A stretch of 25,892 nucleotides of DNA from a virus (lineage: Duplodnaviria > Caudoviricetes): IMG/VR virus record IMGVR_UViG_3300037419_001020, positions 1-25,892 of that record; one strand, written 5' to 3'. A model generated the notes under the pieces. It had not been told where the DNA came from and did no database searches. It saw only the letters and a program-made list of their open reading frames with translations. The stretch's first letter is position 1; each line of letters starts with the position of its first letter. Below, piece by piece: positions 8,519-16,900 of this stretch. The position numbers and the translations under genes are program-made.

Positions 8519-9076
8519 ATGAATCTAAAAAAAATCATTGATGAAATCAACAAAGATATAGATGATGATCTAGACAATGACATCTTAACAGGATGGATTA
8601 ACCGAGCATTAGACGATTTAACACCTTATGCACGATATAAAAAGAAAACAACAATCAATGTCTTGACTGGTGTAACTGATTATACACTGCCATCTGATTT
8701 ATTAGATGTTGAAATAGTAGGCGAGAACATCCCTAGATTGCCATTGAACGACTTTAATCATGTTGGGTATAAAGTGTTAGGGAACGCTCTTACACTTCAA
8801 CCAGAGCCAACAGATGACTATACAATGGATGTAATCTACAATGCAACGTTACCATACTTAGTGAATAATGAAGATGTACCTGCAATCCCTTCTAACTTTC
8901 ATAATTTACTCATTTTATATGTGATCGCTAAGTTTAAATATCAAGATGAAGAATTAGGTTTCCAATCTAACGCTATGCAAGAGTACGAGCGAAAGAAACA
9001 AGACTTCATCCGTTATATCAACAGACAGAATCAACCACTTAAAATAAGAGATGTATACAATATGAGGTGGTGTTAA
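8519..9076 (+). CDS. Head-to-tail adaptor (short-tail phage type)
   Basis: 185 aa; WINRAL, GVTDYTLPSD, L.LQPEP and D.PAIP..FH.LL pattern typical of podoviral adaptors; RBS AAGGAGGG; precedes nozzle. Confidence 0.75.
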   Translation: MNLKKIIDEINKDIDDDLDNDILTGWINRALDDLTPYARYKKKTTINVLTGVTDYTLPSDLLDVEIVGENIPRLPLNDFNHVGYKVLGNALTLQPEPTDDYTMDVIYNATLPYLVNNEDVPAIPSNFHNLLILYVIAKFKYQDEELGFQSNAMQEYERKKQDFIRYINRQNQPLKIRDVYNMRWC

Positions 9077-9303
9077 TGGCTGAAAAACTATATGGACAAT
9101 TTAAAGACTTTTCAGCAGGGTTAAATGCAAAGGATGGAGCTTCATTGGCACTAGAACAAGAGTTAATTGAAGTAGAAAATGCAATATTAGGTAGAGGATT
9201 CGTACAGAAAAGATGTGGTTACGAACCTTTTTCAGTTGCTCCAACACAAAGTACATTGTTTTTATGGAATCAGTTTGGTAGTAAGAATTGGAGTGATGTG
9301 TAA
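9076..9303 (+). CDS. N-terminal fragment of tail nozzle protein with Trp-containing tail
   Basis: DFSAGLN...L...E....EN......G..QKR.GY resembles the N-terminus of podoviral nozzle/stabilisation proteins. Start ATG 9076 (RBS GAGGTG; TAATG coupling). Confidence 0.65.
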   Translation: MAEKLYGQFKDFSAGLNAKDGASLALEQELIEVENAILGRGFVQKRCGYEPFSVAPTQSTLFLWNQFGSKNWSDV

Positions 9304-10925
9304 TGGCGAATACACCAAATTATAGTTTATATAAACCGAATCGACTAGATAATGTACCAGTTGATACAACTTTATCTGATAACTTCGATAAAATTGATTA
9401 TCAAATCAAATTAAGATCAGATGAAATTACGAATTTAGATGAGAAGATTGATAATTTAATCATCCAATCTAATTTACCTCTTGTTATCCAGGAAGAAGAA
9501 AAGTTTACGATTTCAGTTGAACATACTTATAATTCTTCAACACCTCTTGAATATTGGATAACAACAATTACACCTAAAGATAGTGAAGCTTTAAAAACGT
9601 TACTTAAAAAAGATTTCGCTTACTCGACTAGCGAGTTTACAGACACGGCTAAAGAAGCACCATTAGATCATGCGGACCGTGTAAAAGGGTTATTCTCTAT
9701 TAACGCAAGTGGTTGGGATGCAGGAGCAACCGAAAAGATAGATGGCATTCAAATTAAAGATGGTGTTGTTTATCAAAATATCGCAAACTTCCCAAATTGG
9801 TACACATTAGGTGTAAATCGTGATGGTTTAATGAATGTATACCCTAACACAATGACAGGATTAGACCTTTTATCTCAAGGTATTGTGAATACATGGTCAT
9901 TCAGTATACCAATTATTATGAATGGTATAGAAGTTGATACAAGTATTTATAGTTTGTATTCTTCTTACAATCAGTTATACGCTAGGCAAATTATCGGACA
10001 AGTGAATGGAACGAATGAAATTATTGTCTTAACAGTAGATAAGTCTAGTCGTTCACAAGGTATGACATTACCACAAGCAGCAGCCATTTTATTAAGTAAA
10101 GGTTGTCGAGTTGCTTATAACCTTGATGGTGGTGGTTCTGCTCAAACGATTTATCAAGGAACTACACTAAACACACCTTCAGATGGAACATTCAGACCAA
10201 CACCAGATTTATTGTATATCTCAAAGTATGAAAACTATGATTTATACTTAGATGTTCAAAAAGAAGTTTCTGATGCGACAGGTGGGTTCGAAACACTACG
10301 AGATAAAATTAATCTATCCCAACGTTTTAAAATGACATTAGATGATGGGACAGTTGAGTACACAAGTAATACTCCGTTAGACTATAACACGATAAAAGGC
10401 ACGAAGTATTTTAGACATTATGCAGATGTTGCTAATGCAGCCAATGATTTAAACGCTCCTTTTAGTGGTACTGTTGATGTTTACGGAATAAATATACAAA
10501 GCTCATATACTTCAGCTTTACAAGTTGTTTGGGATCGACAATCTAAACAAATGGCATTTCGTTTTAATAATTTAGGTACATGGGGAAGTTGGGCTACTTT
10601 AAGAGATAAACCAGTTTACACTCCTGCTACAACTCTATTAAACTCATGGGTTAATCTAGGTGGTTCTGACCCTGTTTTACAATATTGTTTAAAAGATGGA
10701 ATTGTCTATATTAAAGGGGTTGTAAAGGGTGGTGCTGCAAATACAGTTATTACAAACTTACCTGTAGGAATGAGACCACTTACACGTTATGTAAAAACGA
10801 CTGTAGTTAACAATGGCACTGTAGCACCAGGAAGAATCTTCGTAGATCCTAACGGTGATTTAAAGTCATTAGATGCAGCAAGTGGATACTTATATATCGA
10901 AGCATCTTATCCTGCTGAACAATAG
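9303..10925 (+). CDS. Tail fibre/spike with phosphodiester glycosidase (NAGPA-like) domain
   Basis: Fibre N-terminus TPNYSLYKP...NFDKID; INASGW, ARQIIGQ, SQGMTL, AYNLDGGGS, NTPSDG..RP motifs; knob-like WGSW segment; C-terminal LLNSWVN..GIVYIKG..LPVGMRP head domain. Confidence 0.82.
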   Translation: MANTPNYSLYKPNRLDNVPVDTTLSDNFDKIDYQIKLRSDEITNLDEKIDNLIIQSNLPLVIQEEEKFTISVEHTYNSSTPLEYWITTITPKDSEALKTLLKKDFAYSTSEFTDTAKEAPLDHADRVKGLFSINASGWDAGATEKIDGIQIKDGVVYQNIANFPNWYTLGVNRDGLMNVYPNTMTGLDLLSQGIVNTWSFSIPIIMNGIEVDTSIYSLYSSYNQLYARQIIGQVNGTNEIIVLTVDKSSRSQGMTLPQAAAILLSKGCRVAYNLDGGGSAQTIYQGTTLNTPSDGTFRPTPDLLYISKYENYDLYLDVQKEVSDATGGFETLRDKINLSQRFKMTLDDGTVEYTSNTPLDYNTIKGTKYFRHYADVANAANDLNAPFSGTVDVYGINIQSSYTSALQVVWDRQSKQMAFRFNNLGTWGSWATLRDKPVYTPATTLLNSWVNLGGSDPVLQYCLKDGIVYIKGVVKGGAANTVITNLPVGMRPLTRYVKTTVVNNGTVAPGRIFVDPNGDLKSLDAASGYLYIEASYPAEQ

Positions 10926-10936
10926 GAGGTGGGAAT

Positions 10937-12325
10937 GTGACAACTTGGAACAATGCGTTTAATGTTCGCAATCCGATTTACCAGTTATACGATTACAAAC
11001 GGAATAACGGAACAATCGAAAATTTATCAGTTAGTTCCCTCCGGTTATATAAAGATGTGTCAGGTGTTCAAACTGTCATTCCAGGATTACCAGGAACACT
11101 CACATCGAACGATACGAAGTTTATTACTTACAAGGACAGAAATATCAATGATGCAGTTTTAATTGCAGATGGTGGTAATTTAAAGGTTTATAACGGTACT
11201 TCATTAAGTGTTGTTACACCACATACACCAACAACAGATGAAACAACGAATCCTGGACTAAATGACTTAGGAAATTTAACAAACTTTCGTACAATGGCTA
11301 TCAAAAAAGATCGTATATTTGTTGCAGCACACCCTACAGTGAAAAATAGGGTGCATTTTTCGTATTTCGATCCATATTTAGGGTATGCAGTATACGATTA
11401 TTTCCCTGCTATTTACTTCTTTGATGTGGCCACAGAAGATAATGATGAAATTGTGGAATTAAAAGTGTTTCGTAACCAGTTAATCATCTTCTGTAAAAAA
11501 AGTGTATGGGCATTAAAAGGTGATGGGGCATCATTAGGTGATTTAGAGTTAGTGAAACTGAATGTACCAAAAGGGTGTATCTCTCGTAATTCAGTCCAGG
11601 AAGTAGGAAATAACTTATTTTTCTTAGGTGATGACCATGTTTATAGCTTATTCGCAACAGAACAGGAATATATATCTGCTCAAATTATGAGTGATAAGAT
11701 ATTACCAGTTTTAAAGTCTGTAGGATTAACAGATAAAGCAAAAGCGACTTCTATCTTTTATGATAACAAATACTATCTAAGCTTCCCTAGTGGCTTAACA
11801 CTTGTTTACGATGTCACTTTAGAATCTTGGACTAGATTCACTAATATTAAAGCAAACTCCTTTCTTGTACGAGATAACTTATTGTACTTCTCGAGCAATG
11901 ATGGGGTTATTTATCGTTTCAATGAAAATGTATTCTCTGATAATGGTGATGTCATTACATTTAAAATGAAAACGAAAATATTCGACTTTGATTATCCTGT
12001 CCACAGAAAGAAATTCCGTAAATCATGGGTAATCACCAAACAATGGGCAAACTTCGCATCTAATTTTGATTTAAATATCATTGTGGACCAATTTGAAATG
12101 AAGAACATTTCAGGGTTAACAGGAGAAGTTAGAAGTGGTGGGTCTGGTATTTGGGATGTTAGTACATGGGATGATGCGAATTGGGATTTCTCTGAAACCG
12201 TACAAAATGAATTAAAAATAGGTAGAAAAGGTAAGGATATTCAATTTCAAATCAGTAATGAAAATATTAACGAGCCTTTAACGATTTATGGGTTTGTGAT
12301 GGAATATCAAATTAAGAAACCGTAA
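10937..12325 (+). CDS. Tail nozzle/stabilisation protein, main (C-terminal) part; beta-propeller-like
   Basis: DRIFVA, NQLIIFCKKSVW, KGCISRNSV, NNLFFLG, DNKYYL repeats; KTKIFDF...RKKFR; WDVSTWDDANWD near C-terminus. RBS GGAGG 10925-10929, GTG start. Confidence 0.8.
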   Translation: MTTWNNAFNVRNPIYQLYDYKRNNGTIENLSVSSLRLYKDVSGVQTVIPGLPGTLTSNDTKFITYKDRNINDAVLIADGGNLKVYNGTSLSVVTPHTPTTDETTNPGLNDLGNLTNFRTMAIKKDRIFVAAHPTVKNRVHFSYFDPYLGYAVYDYFPAIYFFDVATEDNDEIVELKVFRNQLIIFCKKSVWALKGDGASLGDLELVKLNVPKGCISRNSVQEVGNNLFFLGDDHVYSLFATEQEYISAQIMSDKILPVLKSVGLTDKAKATSIFYDNKYYLSFPSGLTLVYDVTLESWTRFTNIKANSFLVRDNLLYFSSNDGVIYRFNENVFSDNGDVITFKMKTKIFDFDYPVHRKKFRKSWVITKQWANFASNFDLNIIVDQFEMKNISGLTGEVRSGGSGIWDVSTWDDANWDFSETVQNELKIGRKGKDIQFQISNENINEPLTIYGFVMEYQIKKP

Positions 12326-12336
12326 GAGGTGATTAG

Positions 12337-13095
12337 ATGTCTTGGCAAAGACGATACGATTTTCAATCAGGCACACGAATTAGTTCGAATCAAGTAGATG
12401 AAGAATTCGATCAATTAATAGCAGCAGTAAACCAAATTCAATCTGATGATGTATCAAAAGATATAGATTTAAGAAGTAAAGCGCAAATGACGAAACTTAC
12501 AACCGATCTCGGTACTCCTAAACTGTCAATATCAGATACTTCTAAAGACTTATTAAATGAGTTAATCAATTTAGGAGTAGGCTTACACACATTCTATTGC
12601 ATTGCAGGAGCGAAAAATAACCCAACAGTAGGTAAACCATTAAGAGGTGTATTCCATCAAACAGGTACAGGTTTTGGATGGATTTACGCACAAGATTCGA
12701 ATGGTGATACTTATAAGAATTATTTAGATAATAGCACCTGGAAAGGTTGGAAAGGTAGCCAAACTGTTTTATGGTCTGGTGCTTATTATTTAAAGGCTGA
12801 CCAAACGATTACACCTACAAAAAAACTTTCCCAATGCAATAATGGGTGGATCTTAGTTTTCTCTGACTTTGACACACCTAGTACAACAAATGATTATGAT
12901 TTCACTTACATTTACATCCCGAAATTTATAGCAGCGAATCATAATGCAGCGAATCATTTGTGGGCAGTACCACAAAGCCCTGCAAATATTATCGTGAAGC
13001 GTGGGAATGTGTATGACGATAAAATCGTAGGACATGATGATAACACTGTAGGGAACGGAACAGATGTAGTTTTACGTTACGTTTTAGAATGGTAG
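12337..13095 (+). CDS. Tail fibre / minor tail protein
   Basis: N-terminal YDFQSGTRISSNQVDEEFDQL fibre-attachment-like motif; knob-like WKGW; C-terminal VLWSGAYY...GWILVFSDFD domain. Confidence 0.7.
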   Translation: MSWQRRYDFQSGTRISSNQVDEEFDQLIAAVNQIQSDDVSKDIDLRSKAQMTKLTTDLGTPKLSISDTSKDLLNELINLGVGLHTFYCIAGAKNNPTVGKPLRGVFHQTGTGFGWIYAQDSNGDTYKNYLDNSTWKGWKGSQTVLWSGAYYLKADQTITPTKKLSQCNNGWILVFSDFDTPSTTNDYDFTYIYIPKFIAANHNAANHLWAVPQSPANIIVKRGNVYDDKIVGHDDNTVGNGTDVVLRYVLEW

Positions 13096-13105
13096 GAGGG
13101 ATAAG

Positions 13106-13915
13106 ATGGCAGGGTTTTCATATAATTACACACCAATAAACTATGATACTGCGCAGAAACAAGCATTACAGCAGTTAGATCCGTTGTATCAACAAGGGAT
13201 TAAATCAATTAAACAACAACAATACCAAAACAATGTACAATCTGGTCAAGTTGCAGCAGCACGAGGGTTAGGTCATTCAGGTTTGGCAGCCGATTCATTA
13301 AATAAGATTGCAATCGCAGCCGCAGGAGATGCAGCAAATTTAAACGCTCAACGTATGACGCAAGCCAATACAATGGCACAACAATTAGTCGATAACGACA
13401 AGCAATATGATTTATCAAGACGCTCTCAAATGTTCAATGAATACGCTTCTAATCGTGATTATAACTATGGTGTAGGTCGTGATAAAGTCGCTGATTCTCA
13501 ATGGAATAAACAATACAACAGAGGTGTATACGAATCAGATCGAAGCTACAACTATCAAGTTGGTCGAGATAAAGTAGCAGATTCATGGAAACAGAAAGAA
13601 TGGAGTCAGATGTCACCTGCTGAAAAGCAACAAATGGCACTTCAATACTCTTATAGCCAAAAATTAAAGGGGTCTAGTGGTGGACCAGGTAGAGGGCGAA
13701 AAGGTTCACCAGGTAGAAAAGGTAGCCCGTATGGACCAGGTGGTGTAACTAAAAATAATCCTGCTTTAGATATTGATCCTAGATTATTAGAGGAATACAT
13801 TAAAGCGGAACAACAAAGACACCAACATGATGCAACTGTACCTTTCGGTTATGCGGGTAGTGCAAATAATTCTAATCCATATGACAACAAAATGAAACGT
13901 ATGGGTTCATATTAA
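13106..13915 (+). CDS. Putative ejection (pilot/core) protein
   Basis: Q/A/N-rich helical protein with AARGLGHSG motif, internal repeat and Gly/basic stretch; located after tail genes and before the giant ORF as in short-tailed phages. Confidence 0.6.
   Translation: MAGFSYNYTPINYDTAQKQALQQLDPLYQQGIKSIKQQQYQNNVQSGQVAAARGLGHSGLAADSLNKIAIAAAGDAANLNAQRMTQANTMAQQLVDNDKQYDLSRRSQMFNEYASNRDYNYGVGRDKVADSQWNKQYNRGVYESDRSYNYQVGRDKVADSWKQKEWSQMSPAEKQQMALQYSYSQKLKGSSGGPGRGRKGSPGRKGSPYGPGGVTKNNPALDIDPRLLEEYIKAEQQRHQHDATVPFGYAGSANNSNPYDNKMKRMGSY
13448..13588 (+). repeat. Intragenic duplication of an 18-19 aa unit
   Basis: SNRDYNYGVGRDKVADSQW (13448-13504) and SDRSYNYQVGRDKVADSW (13535-13588); conserved in protein, diverged at synonymous sites. 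Confidence 0.85.
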
Positions 13916-13924
13916 AGAGGTGAT

Positions 13925-16900
13925 TTGATGGGTTGGGAAAAAGATTTATATGGTACTGTCTACAAATCGCAAAAAACTAAAGATGCTGCTGCTAAACGCA
14001 AAGCAACGAATGACGCTAAAAAGCAAAGAGAAGCAGATGCTTATGATCGCGCTTTTACTTCAGGTGTTCAATCTTATGCTAAACAAAATAATATGACATA
14101 TAGCCAAGATATGAAAGACGCTATGGCTACTTATTACAATACGAAAGAGAATCATGAAAAATTTGTACAAGATAGCGTAAATGAAAGCAAAAGAAGGAAT
14201 AAAGCTGAATTAAAATCTTATGCTTCATTTGCTGCTAATCCTGATAATCAGTCTAAAATAGATGAATACAACCAAGCTAAAAAGAAGATGGGTATGCAAC
14301 CTGATAACATGGTTACCCAAAAGAAATATGACCAAATGTTTGGTTATGATACCAAAAAAGGTGTAGATAATGGGATGTTTAACCGTTATCAAGAGTATAA
14401 AACATCAAAAGATTTAAAAGTGAATCACAATGACAAGACTACCCAAAAGGGTGGTCTTTCTTTTGGTAAAACACTAGATAAATTTGTAAGTAAAGGATTA
14501 TCTGGTGCAAATAATTTTGTAGATGAATACGCACCTGGCGTTAAGAAAGATATTAAAAGTATTATTAAAAGTAAACCAGGTCAAACAGTCGTAAAAGGTC
14601 TAGACACATTAGATCGCTACACAACAGGTATTATGCGTAATATAGCAGATACTAATATCAAAGACCTAAACGAAACACAAAAATACATTGATGAACAAAA
14701 GAAAAAAGGGAAAAAGTTAAGTCTTTTCCCTAACTCTAAAAATGAGTACAGTCTAAAAACCCAATCAGTAGAGGATTTAAAAAAGTTTGTTAAAAAAGAA
14801 GCGACTGACTCAATTGATAATAAGCGTAGAGCAGATTTAGTTGATGTAAACAAAAACGCAGGTATTTCAACTGGTAGTAAATACGGAGATAAAGCCCTTG
14901 CTTTTATCCAAGAGAATACTTTAGATCCTACTAATATCGTAGGTGCAGGATTAGTGAAAACAGGGTTAAAAGCCTTAAAAGGTGTATCAAAAGCAGGTAA
15001 AGTTGTTGAAGAAGCCGACTTAATTAAAAATGTAGCTGAAAACGGTGTTAAAAAATCTGATGCTAAAAAGGTTTTAGAAGCAGTTAATAAGATAGCAGAA
15101 AAGAATAAAGCTAATGAACTTCCTAATATTAATACACTACCTAAAAATTATGAAGGGTTATATCTAATTAAAGATGAATACCCAATGCAAACTAAGATTG
15201 AGTTACAAAAGGCAAATGAAGCGATTAAAAAAGGTGACATTCAACCGAACAAAGTAGAAGATACAATCGAGGATATTAAAGCTGCACAAAACACAGCATT
15301 AACAGATCGTCAAAGAAACCTACAAAACATTAAATTACCTAATGGTAAAATCGAAGTACAACCAACTATTAAGAAGTCATTAGCTGATTTAATGGGTAAA
15401 AAAGAAAAAGCGATCAATCCAAAAGATTTAGAAGCAGAAAAACAACAACTTGAATTAATTCACCAGGCAGACAAAGAACAATTTGCTAAACAAAATAGTG
15501 ATGTCATTCAAGGTATTTCTGAAACACGACAAAAAGCGTTATCTGATTTAAGTAAACAGGAAATGGAATGGGAAGGACATCAGGCAGCAACTAAACAATA
15601 TGATGATATTATGAAAAAAGTTGGCGGTCGATTAAACATTCCAAAAGATAACCATGCAGACTTTGCCACTCAACTAGGAAAACATATGTATTCTGCTAAA
15701 GGTAAGGGGAAAGGCGACGATATCTATAAAGTTGCTGAAGATTTAGGGTTTAACAATCCTGACGAACTGATCCAATCTTTAAATAACGGTTATGCTTCAA
15801 AACAAATTGTCAAAGCAGGAAGAAATAAATTTGTTACAACAAAGGATTTAGGTGATCCAGATCCTCAAACTATTTTAGATGAAATGCACAGCCAAACAGA
15901 ATCATCAAGGCAGATCCAAAAAGATATTTCTAATTTAAGTCAATTACCAATTAAACAAGAGTTAGCTAAAACTAATCAATCGAACAAATTATTAAACTAT
16001 CTTTCTAATCAAAAAAAATCTACTGCTCTAAAAGAAGCTGTTCAGCAAGCTAGAAAGACTGGTAATACAAAAGGTTTGGTTAAGCATGCAGACGATATTA
16101 TAAAAGATTTAGAGTCTAAAGGTGTAGATGATGAAGAAATTAACACTTTAAAAGAAGAATTAAAAGGACTTAAATTAAATCTTCAAACATTCGCTGGAAA
16201 ACCTGAAGAATTAGAAAAACTCTTAAATAGGGTAGAAACAGTTAATAAAAGAATCGGTGATCGGGTAAAGAATGGATATTTCCCTAACAAAATCAAACAA
16301 GATCAATTGAAATTTGAACATGGCGAAATCGCTTCACCTAACACTGACAAAGCAATTACATCTGTTAATGATGCGTACACACCAGAAATACAAAATGAAC
16401 AAGTAATGAATTTTGAAACTGGTCAAGTTGAGCCTAAAAAATTAACTCAATCAGAAGAATTTAAAGCACGTTCAGAAAATATTGTTAATGACTTCAGCGA
16501 CAGTTTTAAAAATCCAGGTAGTTTTTCTTTATACAGAGAAACACCAGAACGTAACTTTGATAAAATATTCCCTGAAAACGCTCAAGAAATGAAGGATGCT
16601 TATTTAGAACCTACGAAGAAAGCTGAAACAGAGCGAATTAACTTCAAGAATAACATCAATGAACAAGTGAAAAAAATGTACAAGGATTTAAAAATCAGTA
16701 AAAAAGATGATGAATTAATTCAGGAGTATGGTGAAGGTAAAATTTCACTAGATGAATTAAAGAGTCGTACTGATAATTGGAAGAATGTAGAGCCTGCTGT
16801 TACATGGTACAGAAATTTATACGATCAAACATTAGAACAGATAAATAGTTCTTTAGTTAGGAATGATTACAACCCTATTCCAAAAAGAAAGGATTATTTC

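Noticed and set aside
9303-10925. Intron or transposon as cause of the nozzle split
   Set aside because: No group I/II core motifs, terminal repeats, target duplication or transposase seen; the interval is entirely a fibre ORF and the downstream half has its own RBS.
12337-13095. Diversity-generating retroelement or invertible fibre switch
   Set aside because: No reverse transcriptase, template/variable repeat pair or inverted fibre cassettes seen; the only recombinase is an integrase-type enzyme.
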